40,897 nt of DNA from a virus (Duplodnaviria; Caudoviricetes). Positions within the stretch are counted from its first letter, which is position 1. The number at the start of each line of letters is the position of its first letter. A model generated the notes under the pieces. The model was not told where the DNA came from, did not search any database, and saw nothing but the letters and a program-made list of their open reading frames with translations. This document shows, in pieces, positions 17,197-24,649 of the stretch. Location of the stretch: positions 1 to 40,897 of the IMG/VR virus record IMGVR_UViG_3300037634_005504; one strand, given 5' to 3'. Position numbers and translations under genes: made by a program.

Positions 17197-19224
17197 ATGC
17201 GCCGCCACTTACAAACTTTTAAAGACTTTCTTCGCGAGGCCGAAGATCCCTCCTACTATCAGGAGACTTATTACTTTACTATTCTGTTATCTATGACGAA
17301 AGATGTAGGTGGCTCCCGTGACGAAACCAAAAACGACATTCGCGCTCTATCAGAAATTTTAACAGTCACTTTGGTAGAGCCGGAAAAGGGAGGCATCCAG
17401 CGCGACATCGGTAATAAATATCTGTCCACTCTTAAAATTCACGTTCGTTTACCGAAAGATACGGATAAACTAGAACAAATGAAGCGCATTGTGCAGGAGG
17501 TTAATAATCTCCGCGGATGCACAGTTGTAAGATATAAAGAACGCAAGCCCAAGCCTAGGAGAACACCGTTTCACGGGCAGTATAAGATTACAGAAGGTCT
17601 TGATGAAGCGAATTATCAACAGCTTCCTTCGAGGCGCGCCAATTTGAAAAAAGCATTTAATACCTATACGAAGGGTGGGCCGCAGAAAAAGGGCGGCTAT
17701 CCTGAGACCCCGGAAGATCCTGAGTGGCTCTCGTCTCCACCCAGCGCCCCTGGTGGCGGCGCAGTTGGCAATCCTGGCCCCGCGGGACTTGAAGAGGCCC
17801 AGCTTGACGAGGCCATGAAGACTGCAGCAGATCTGCAGAAACTTGAGGGCGTAGTGGTGGCCGTTGACAGATCGCAGGCTCCCAAAAGTTATCGGGCTTA
17901 CTATGCGTTGGCTGACAGCCCAGAGCGCCCCCTTAAAGCGGGCGATCTCGACAGGATGGAGCGTGGCCCAGATCTGTATGGTCACATCTACGCCTCCCGC
18001 GGCCAGAATTTTCCATATGAAGGAAACTATGTGGTCACCTCGGTTAAGGCGCGTGATAAGTATGGCCCCTTGTTGTACGACGTAATGCTGGAGCTTGTGG
18101 GAACAGCGGGCCTTAAGCCTGATACTGAAAGTGTTTCGGACGACGCGTCTGCAGTTTGGAAGTTCTATGACACCCACCGCACCGAAGATGTACCCAGCGC
18201 ACACTTGGGCCCAGCCGGACAGCCGCTGCCTGTTGAAAGTTACGCTGATGTTATGCCTCAAGAACTTGCCGCGAACCCAGAAAAGAATGAGCACTTAGCC
18301 AAAGTTTACTTCAAGAGAGGAAAGGAAGTACTGAGGGCGCTCCAAGAAAATGACCAGCTTGTTGACGTTGCGGATTCGCGACGACCCGATCCCCGCCAGG
18401 AGTTGACCCAGCTCGCCGGGGAACTGGACATTCCTATTGTTAAGGCAGGCAGCGACCTTAGCAGGTTTGATCGACTGAGAGAAGAAGTGATTTTACAGGT
18501 GGGTGCACTTTCAGATGACTTGTTGGCTTTTGACGTGCAAGATGACCTTAATCAAAAGATTTGGGATGGTGATGAGCACGTTCGCCCCGGCGTGAAGGCA
18601 GCATTGATGGACATCGTGGATGAATTTTTAGAGGGGCTAGAGCTAGAAGCAGACATTAAAGATGTAATCATGACTGGCTCGTTGGCCAACTATAATTGGT
18701 CGAAATTTTCTGACATTGATTTGCACATCCTTGTAGACTTTAATGAAATCAATGATAACGAAGCTCTCGTAAAGAAGTTTTTTGACGCCGTGAGATCCAG
18801 GTGGAACAAGCTGCACAACATCCTCGTCAAAGGTCACGAGGTGGAGATTTATGTTCAGGATGAAAATGAGCCCCACACCTCAACTGGCGTCTACTCCTTA
18901 ATGGAAGACCGTTGGCTCGTGAAGCCCAAGAAAATAAAGCCAGAGTTGGATAAGCATACTGCTCAAAAGAAAATGATGTCACTTGTAAAAGAGATTGATA
19001 AACTAGCCGCGCTATATGATCGAGGCCTTTTTGAGGACTCTTTCAACTTGGCCGAACGCATTAAGGATAAGATCCGTCGAATGCGCAAGGCCGGGCTGGA
19101 GAGAACGGGTATTTATGCGCCCGAGAACCTTGCCTTCAAGATGCTGCGCCGGTCGGGAGACATTGAGAGACTATTTAAAATTTACACCAAATCATATGAT
19201 GAAATTTATAGTCTAGCCCAGTGA
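17197..19224 (+). CDS. multidomain protein: central GNAT-like domain plus C-terminal Pol-beta-family nucleotidyltransferase
   Basis: MTGSLANYNWSKFSDIDLHILVD...EVEIYVQD (GS, DxD and third acid); KYGPLLYD...VSDDASAVWKFY GNAT-like pattern. Confidence 0.78.
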   Translation: MRRHLQTFKDFLREAEDPSYYQETYYFTILLSMTKDVGGSRDETKNDIRALSEILTVTLVEPEKGGIQRDIGNKYLSTLKIHVRLPKDTDKLEQMKRIVQEVNNLRGCTVVRYKERKPKPRRTPFHGQYKITEGLDEANYQQLPSRRANLKKAFNTYTKGGPQKKGGYPETPEDPEWLSSPPSAPGGGAVGNPGPAGLEEAQLDEAMKTAADLQKLEGVVVAVDRSQAPKSYRAYYALADSPERPLKAGDLDRMERGPDLYGHIYASRGQNFPYEGNYVVTSVKARDKYGPLLYDVMLELVGTAGLKPDTESVSDDASAVWKFYDTHRTEDVPSAHLGPAGQPLPVESYADVMPQELAANPEKNEHLAKVYFKRGKEVLRALQENDQLVDVADSRRPDPRQELTQLAGELDIPIVKAGSDLSRFDRLREEVILQVGALSDDLLAFDVQDDLNQKIWDGDEHVRPGVKAALMDIVDEFLEGLELEADIKDVIMTGSLANYNWSKFSDIDLHILVDFNEINDNEALVKKFFDAVRSRWNKLHNILVKGHEVEIYVQDENEPHTSTGVYSLMEDRWLVKPKKIKPELDKHTAQKKMMSLVKEIDKLAALYDRGLFEDSFNLAERIKDKIRRMRKAGLERTGIYAPENLAFKMLRRSGDIERLFKIYTKSYDEIYSLAQ

Positions 19225-19259
19225 TTTATATAAGGATACGAAGGAAGAAGAAAGGCAGT

Positions 19260-19643
19260 ATGACGTTGAAGGGGGCTATCGTAGTAGTTTTAGACGACCA
19301 AGATCGGGTTCTGCTCGGCAAGCGCCCGTTAAATAAGGCCTTTTGGATGCCGGGCAAATGGGCCTTCCCTGGGGGCAAAATCGAAGAAGGAGAAGCGCCC
19401 ATCGATGCCGCAATCCGTGAAACAAAGGAAGAGATGAACCTAGATGTGGAAAACTTAAAAGAATTGAAAACAACCCTTGACAAAGCCGTGGCCATCTACT
19501 ATACTCGTAAGTATCATGGCAACGTTCAGATTGATCATGAACACACAGATTGGGCATGGGTGCCCCGAGCAGACCTCCCGAATTATGATCTAGCCCCACA
19601 TGTGGGAGAGATTTATAGATTGGTATTAAAGAATGAGCACTAA
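19260..19643 (+). CDS. Nudix hydrolase (MutT-like)
   Basis: Nudix box GGKIEEGEAPIDAAIRETKEEMNL. Confidence 0.92.
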   Translation: MTLKGAIVVVLDDQDRVLLGKRPLNKAFWMPGKWAFPGGKIEEGEAPIDAAIRETKEEMNLDVENLKELKTTLDKAVAIYYTRKYHGNVQIDHEHTDWAWVPRADLPNYDLAPHVGEIYRLVLKNEH

Positions 19644-20028
19644 AGAAGAAGTTGATCCAGAGACGCCATTGGACGAAGCGCCGGCCCACAAAACTCAGGC
19701 ACTTAAGCCAAAGAAGCCACCCCGCCTGGCGCCCGAGGGAATTCGAACATTTACGGTTGCGCGACAATATGATGAGACTGGAGTGTCGGGAGAAGGTGTC
19801 GTGATTGAGGGGGTGACTCTTGCCACCGGTCAGTGTGTGGTACACTGGCTCTATCCACCACCTCGTGGCGGCATTGCTATTTTCGATTCTATGAACGATT
19901 TCACTAAGGTTCACATTTTGCCGCACCCCTCAAATCGTACCATCATCACCTATGATGACGGTGAACAAGAGAAGTTTGGACTATTTAATGAAGAGGAAAA
20001 GTCTGATGAAGAAAAAGATTCTAACTGA
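19633..20028 (+). CDS. conserved-looking phage hypothetical protein
   Basis: DETGVSGEGVVIEGV..TGQCVVHW motif; overlaps upstream stop. Confidence 0.7.
   Translation: MSTKEEVDPETPLDEAPAHKTQALKPKKPPRLAPEGIRTFTVARQYDETGVSGEGVVIEGVTLATGQCVVHWLYPPPRGGIAIFDSMNDFTKVHILPHPSNRTIITYDDGEQEKFGLFNEEEKSDEEKDSN
19981..19987 (+). promoter_or_regulatory. putative late-promoter motif CTATTTA
   Basis: Upstream of GAGG RBS and ATG 20006. Confidence 0.5.
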
Positions 20029-20767
20029 ACAACGCCTGTGTGAGTTGGCAGGAATTAAAGAGGCGGGCCCCACCGGAACCCAAACGTGGGACCCTCAGGC
20101 CGAAAAAGAAAAAGAAGAAGAAGAAGTCGAAAGGGAGTTTTTCGATAATCCAGGGCGCCCTGAGCTAGCAGCAAGGGCCGCGGCAGAAGCCGAAGAAGAA
20201 GATCCGGAGGCCACCCACAAACTTGCCCCGGTACAAGAACCTGATCCCCAAATCCGAAAAGATTTAAATAAAATTTTAACTTCTCTTTCCACACAGATGG
20301 CCCGGGAGGGAAACAAAGAGGCTCAGGAAATGGTGGATTGGTTAAATTTACCGGAGAGAACTCCTTTCGGAACAATAAGCAAGCCCTCGAGGGTTTCCGA
20401 CCCTCTCACCGGGAAAGAATCCTCCTATATACACACTAACCCATATAATCGTAAAAGTGTAGAACTTATGAGTTATAAACCCCACCCAATTCGCATTGGC
20501 AGCCCATTAGACGGAGGATTCCCCGAGCATTGGTCACCGCGCCAGCGGCAGGCAGCAGGTAATGTTTGGCAGTTTATGCACAAGCCACAAGGATTCAAGG
20601 CTGCCCAAGAAATAGCCCAAAAAGTTCATCGTGTTACTCAGGACACGAAGGGAGAAAAATATCCGTCAAAGATTCCAGCGCTTGATGTTTCTTCCGGCAG
20701 CCCCGAAGCGCAAAAATTGATAGCGTTGCTCGATAGACCTGATGACGCCCGGGAACGTGGTCTTTAA
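20006..20767 (+). CDS. hypothetical acidic protein, possible internal virion protein
   Basis: N-terminal MKKKILTEQRLCELAGIKE. Confidence 0.7.
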   Translation: MKKKILTEQRLCELAGIKEAGPTGTQTWDPQAEKEKEEEEVEREFFDNPGRPELAARAAAEAEEEDPEATHKLAPVQEPDPQIRKDLNKILTSLSTQMAREGNKEAQEMVDWLNLPERTPFGTISKPSRVSDPLTGKESSYIHTNPYNRKSVELMSYKPHPIRIGSPLDGGFPEHWSPRQRQAAGNVWQFMHKPQGFKAAQEIAQKVHRVTQDTKGEKYPSKIPALDVSSGSPEAQKLIALLDRPDDARERGL

Positions 20768-20773
20768 TTTTTC

Positions 20774-20802
20774 TTGACACATACTTAACATTTTGTTATA
20801 CT
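20774..20802 (+). promoter_or_regulatory. sigma70-type early promoter
   Basis: TTGACA-N17-TATACT, TGn. Confidence 0.8.
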
Positions 20803-20821
20803 TAAACAGTAAGGATAAAGA

Positions 20822-21022
20822 ATGGTTTTTCACGGCGACTACGAGATAGAGTTTGAGATTCACAAAGAACGAGAAGATAGTTGGCGCACAGATCATCTGG
20901 GACATATGCCTGGGATGACTGCACAAGAGGCACTAGCCCGATGGGTTGCTCAACACAGCACAGAAGCACAAGAAGCGGAGCACCTAAGCGCCATCCCAGT
21001 GATTAATGGTGGCAAAGTTTAA
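20822..21022 (+). CDS. hypothetical protein
   Basis: AAGGA RBS directly after promoter. Confidence 0.7.
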   Translation: MVFHGDYEIEFEIHKEREDSWRTDHLGHMPGMTAQEALARWVAQHSTEAQEAEHLSAIPVINGGKV

Positions 21023-21221
21023 GCCCGGCGATTTGGTTGAGTTGCAGGACGGTCGCATGCTCACGACCACCTGCCGTGTGGGGGTTGTAACAGAGGTGCG
21101 TCAAGTAGAGTACGTACAAACAGACACCACGATGACAGTCGTTGAGGCGTTCTTTGGTACGGACGCATTGACATTATCAGAAAATGATTTTGTTTTAGTG
21201 AGGAAACTAGATGAGATATAA
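21006..21221 (+). CDS. KOW/SH3-like small protein
   Basis: FKPGDLV...VGVVTEV...DFVLV. Confidence 0.72.
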   Translation: MVAKFKPGDLVELQDGRMLTTTCRVGVVTEVRQVEYVQTDTTMTVVEAFFGTDALTLSENDFVLVRKLDEI

Positions 21222-21447
21222 AGCAATGATTATAATTATGGCAGGCGTTTGGCTTGCCGGCTGCGCGCATGTCCGCATCCCACTGAAAGGCGGGGAGTGT
21301 CCTGATGAGTTTCCCATTAAGGGCAATGCGGATTCGTTTATCTATCACACCCCAGCGAGCTTATTTTATATGCAAACGAGAGCTGAGGCTTGCTTCGCCA
21401 CGGAAGAGGCTGCTTGGCGGCATGGTTATAGGCAGTCTCGTTATTAA
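21211..21447 (+). CDS. small lipoprotein with Ada metal-binding-like domain
   Basis: Lipobox LAGC; IKGNADSFIYHTP...ACFATEEAAWRHGYR. Confidence 0.72.
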   Translation: MRYKAMIIIMAGVWLAGCAHVRIPLKGGECPDEFPIKGNADSFIYHTPASLFYMQTRAEACFATEEAAWRHGYRQSRY

Positions 21448-21454
21448 TTTTCTC

Positions 21455-21483
21455 TTGACATCTCCTTGACACTCTGCTATTAT
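21455..21483 (+). promoter_or_regulatory. sigma70-type early promoter with tandem TTGACA
   Basis: TTGACA-N17-TATTAT, TGn; second TTGACA at 21466. Confidence 0.75.
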
Positions 21484-21505
21484 AAGAGAGTAGGAGGCTA
21501 TACAA

Positions 21506-21976
21506 ATGGATAGTCAGAAGACGAACGAGCTTTATGAAAAGTTTCCTCACCTATATCGCGAACGAACAGCACCGCTGGAGAGTTCACATATGGCGTGGGG
21601 ATTCCAATGTGAGAATGGATGGTATAAGATAATTTATGAAATGTCTAAAAACATTGATAAGATTTCGACAGAGGGAGAACACGCGCCAGCAATTTCGCTG
21701 GTTTCGAGACACGAAGATGGGACGCTATATGTTGCGGTCAGTAATATTACGCCCCCCGTCGCAGATATCGTTACGCGGGCAACAGAGCAGTCGCGACTGA
21801 CCTGTGAGTTCTGTGCTTACACGCCAGCGCTCCTTAGAACCACGAAGGGTCCTTACAAGGGTCACATCGCCTGTGGACGTTGTTTGCGTAAGTCGGCTGG
21901 CCCTTCCAAGGTTAAGGCTTCTAAAACCAAGAGAAAGCCGCGTAGAGCGCCTGACACGATTGTGGTGAAAAGGTGA
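21506..21976 (+). CDS. hypothetical protein with C-terminal zinc ribbon and basic tail
   Basis: AGGAGG RBS; WGFQCENGW, CEFC...CGRC. Confidence 0.75.
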   Translation: MDSQKTNELYEKFPHLYRERTAPLESSHMAWGFQCENGWYKIIYEMSKNIDKISTEGEHAPAISLVSRHEDGTLYVAVSNITPPVADIVTRATEQSRLTCEFCAYTPALLRTTKGPYKGHIACGRCLRKSAGPSKVKASKTKRKPRRAPDTIVVKR

Positions 21977-22224
21977 TGGAAGTGTGGAAGGACACCAACT
22001 TTAAGGTGGGAGACCTAGTACGGGACACCCTGAACAAGGATGATCATAGTTATGGCTTAGGTGTTGTTGTGGCTGTTGATAGTCACTCTCTGCTCGGGGA
22101 AGCTCCCGAGGAAGACTACCCAAAGTTCGCCGACCAAGACATCCCCGGCAAACGCTATGACGTTTATTTTAACAAATTTGAGAGAACTATAACATTCCAC
22201 GGAGATTACCTTGAAAAAGTTTAA
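21973..22224 (+). CDS. KOW/SH3-like small protein
   Basis: FKVGDLV...LGVVVAV...YDVYF...YLEKV. Confidence 0.75.
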   Translation: MMEVWKDTNFKVGDLVRDTLNKDDHSYGLGVVVAVDSHSLLGEAPEEDYPKFADQDIPGKRYDVYFNKFERTITFHGDYLEKV

Positions 22225-22426
22225 TATGGAGATGTACATTAAACGCAGAATCCAACAGCTACGCGGCCGCACGCCGTTTGATGTTGCCGAGGACGGCATA
22301 ACTCAATACACACAGCAACGAATCCGAGAGCTGGCCCAACACTCAGAGTGTGAACGGGCCCTTGACAAAAGTGTCCTGGGGTGTTATACTTTAAGGACGA
22401 TGGAGGTAGACGATGGCAACAGCTAG
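22211..22426 (+). CDS. hypothetical protein
   Basis: GGAG before TTG 22211; overlaps both neighbours. Confidence 0.5.
   Translation: MKKFNMEMYIKRRIQQLRGRTPFDVAEDGITQYTQQRIRELAQHSECERALDKSVLGCYTLRTMEVDDGNS
22362..22390 (+). promoter_or_regulatory. sigma70-type early promoter
   Basis: TTGACA-N17-TATACT, TGn; downstream GATGGAGG. Confidence 0.8.
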
Positions 22427-22751
22427 CGACATTGAGGTTCTTAAACTTAAAAACTTCATCTGGAGTGATGAGGCGATAAGTGACTGGGAAGAGATTTGGG
22501 GCCTCCTTTGGAGAATGGGCGTCGTCTGGGAATGGCAAAACGGCGATCGATATGCCAGACGCTACGGAGAAACATTTCAGCTATTTGCTGTTTACAACGA
22601 CCCCGAGCGCCTGGACATGGCGCTTCCTCTACCGCAGCTGCATGTGGTTGACAGTATTTCCAATTGGCTTCTGGGGGCTCATGTAGATGACGTCCAGGCA
22701 ACCAATGTGGGTAATTTATTAAGAAAGTGGAGTGTAAAATATGTGGAATAA
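22413..22751 (+). CDS. hypothetical Trp-rich protein
   Basis: GGAGG RBS; 112 aa. Confidence 0.7.
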   Translation: MATASDIEVLKLKNFIWSDEAISDWEEIWGLLWRMGVVWEWQNGDRYARRYGETFQLFAVYNDPERLDMALPLPQLHVVDSISNWLLGAHVDDVQATNVGNLLRKWSVKYVE

Positions 22752-22980
22752 AATAAAAGTTATCTTAAATAGGAGTCTAGATTTCGTAGCCGGTATCTTG
22801 CTTGTCCTGGCGGGGGTTCTATACATGTTCGTCACCGGATGTACGATCAGTCTTGTCTTGAATGATTTGCGACTTGACACCTACGTGGATTTTACAACAG
22901 GTATGGGAATAGTGTTAGCAACTTATTTGTTAGTATGGGTACCACTCGTAATGCTGCGCGCCCGAGGTGGCAGGCGATGA
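22741..22980 (+). CDS. two-TM membrane protein
   Basis: Two hydrophobic helices; GGAG RBS. Confidence 0.7.
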   Translation: MWNKIKVILNRSLDFVAGILLVLAGVLYMFVTGCTISLVLNDLRLDTYVDFTTGMGIVLATYLLVWVPLVMLRARGGRR

Positions 22981-23465
22981 ATTCTAAGTCAGCGATCGAG
23001 CGCACCTTGGCGAACAGGCCTCCCTCAAAAGTAAATTGGGACAAGTCTCTTTATGCGCCGGTGAAAAGCGCTGGAAAAAACGCTGTAGGAGATTTTGGAG
23101 AAGAACTGACCAAGGAGTGGTATGAATCTCAGGGATTAATTAGTGAGATAATTAATCGTGGCCACGATGTTCTCGGCGGCATAGAAAAGAGCGAAGTAAA
23201 AACTGCCTTCCAAGGAAAACAGGGAGGCTATTTCTTTAATCAGATTTACTACGAAGACCAGGAAACTGGCCAGCGGAAAGATTGGGATTATCTTGTTTTT
23301 GTTTTTGTTGCCCCTATGGGCATCGAAATGTGGAAGTGCCAGCGCCCCGATAACCCTCAAGATCATTTCAACAAGAATAACGGATGGAGCTGGCGCAAAA
23401 GTTCCCCTTCCAAGCTGGATAAGGCTATTTGGACAAAAGTTTGGTCCGAGGGGACTCTCGGATGA
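22977..23465 (+). CDS. putative PD-(D/E)xK restriction-type endonuclease
   Basis: GDFGEEL...GHDV...EVKTA...FNQI...WDYLVFVF; ATGA-coupled to the methyltransferase. Confidence 0.7.
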   Translation: MNSKSAIERTLANRPPSKVNWDKSLYAPVKSAGKNAVGDFGEELTKEWYESQGLISEIINRGHDVLGGIEKSEVKTAFQGKQGGYFFNQIYYEDQETGQRKDWDYLVFVFVAPMGIEMWKCQRPDNPQDHFNKNNGWSWRKSSPSKLDKAIWTKVWSEGTLG

Positions 23466-24406
23466 ACACTGGAATAGAAAATCAAATGGTATTAGAATTT
23501 AATAATGTAAAAGCCAGCGCCCGGAAGAAGGCCTCTTATAAAAATAAGAGAAAAACCGGGAAAGAACAGTATTACACAATGCCGCATGTTGTGGACATTT
23601 GTATCGAAGCCATGCAGGAGTGTGTAGATCTTACGGCTGTGACGATCCTAGAGCCTTGCGGCGGGACCGGCGAGTTTGTTGAAGGACTCAAACGCGCTGG
23701 AGTGGATGCTTCTAAGGTTGTTTCTATGGACATTCACCCCAAGCATCCGGCTGTACAGCAAGGAGATTTTCTTACTTCTTCTTTTACGGAAGAAATGGTG
23801 GCTCTCACTAATCCTCCCTTCGGTAGATGTAACAGCTTAGCCAAAAAGTTTTTTCACAAAGCATCACAGAACTGTAACTTCATTGGCTTTTTAGTGCCGC
23901 GATCATGGCGCAAGTGGACTGTCATCAACAGCTTGCCGCGTGACTTTCATCTTATTAAGGACATTGATTTGCCTCCCGACTGCTTTTACTTGGCCGACGA
24001 CAAGGAAACCAAAAAGGGAGTCCTCGCCACCACTTTTCAGGTGTGGCAAAAGCGCGACACAGAGCGGGAACTTATTCGTATACCCGATAACAAGGTCATC
24101 ACAAAAATTCTACCAGATAAACAGCAGATGGTGAAGGGGGCCAACACATCCATTGTGGCTTTTGGCCATAGTTGTGGCCGCGTAGAGCCGGTGACTGGGG
24201 ATGTTAGGCGTAAGACGACAACCATTTATTTGTCAGTAAAGAATAAAGCCGCGTTGAGAGCTTTACCGCACTTGAATCTGGCCCGCTTTTATAATAATGT
24301 ATCCTACGTCCAAGCTCTCTCGTTGCAGGAGATCAACTATGCTCTAAACGAGTACCTGGGCCTTTCCAACTATAAGTTTCAGGACCCAATCTACCTTAGA
24401 AAATAA
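23462..24406 (+). CDS. N6-adenine DNA methyltransferase (gamma-like motif order)
   Basis: QYYT, ILEPCGGTGEF (SAM binding), TNPPFG (catalytic). Confidence 0.88.
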   Translation: MNTGIENQMVLEFNNVKASARKKASYKNKRKTGKEQYYTMPHVVDICIEAMQECVDLTAVTILEPCGGTGEFVEGLKRAGVDASKVVSMDIHPKHPAVQQGDFLTSSFTEEMVALTNPPFGRCNSLAKKFFHKASQNCNFIGFLVPRSWRKWTVINSLPRDFHLIKDIDLPPDCFYLADDKETKKGVLATTFQVWQKRDTERELIRIPDNKVITKILPDKQQMVKGANTSIVAFGHSCGRVEPVTGDVRRKTTTIYLSVKNKAALRALPHLNLARFYNNVSYVQALSLQEINYALNEYLGLSNYKFQDPIYLRK

Positions 24407-24410
24407 AATC

Positions 24411-24439
24411 TTGACAGGCGCCCGCCTGCGTGGTATGCT
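24411..24439 (+). promoter_or_regulatory. sigma70-type promoter upstream of tRNA-Lys
   Basis: TTGACA-N17-TATGCT, TGn. Confidence 0.8.
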
Positions 24440-24461
24440 GTAAGCACAATGAACATAGAAG

Positions 24462-24537
24462 GGGCCGCTAGCTCAACAGGCAGAGCAAAGGACTTTTAAT
24501 CCTTAGGTTCAGGGTTCGAGTCCCTGGCGGCTCACCA
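24462..24537 (+). tRNA. tRNA-Lys(UUU)
   Basis: Acceptor GGGCCGC/GCGGCTC, anticodon arm AAGGA-CTTTTAA-TCCTT, TTCGAGT T-loop, encoded CCA. Confidence 0.95.
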
Positions 24538-24544
24538 AAAAATT

Positions 24545-24646
24545 ATGATAGATTTTATAGAAGCGTTGGGACTGTTTATGTGCGTAATGGGCGGCACCGC
24601 CTGGGTGTATTTCCAGTATCAAACTATTACAAAGAAAGAAGAATAA
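24545..24646 (+). CDS. 33-aa single-TM micro-peptide
   Basis: MIDFIEALGLFMCVMGGTAWVYFQYQTITKKEE fills the gap between the tRNA and the next ATG. Confidence 0.5.
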   Translation: MIDFIEALGLFMCVMGGTAWVYFQYQTITKKEE

Positions 24647-24649
24647 AAT

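Noticed and set aside
17470-18294. 274-aa minus-strand ORF
   Set aside because: Antisense to the nucleotidyltransferase fusion gene; no recognisable features
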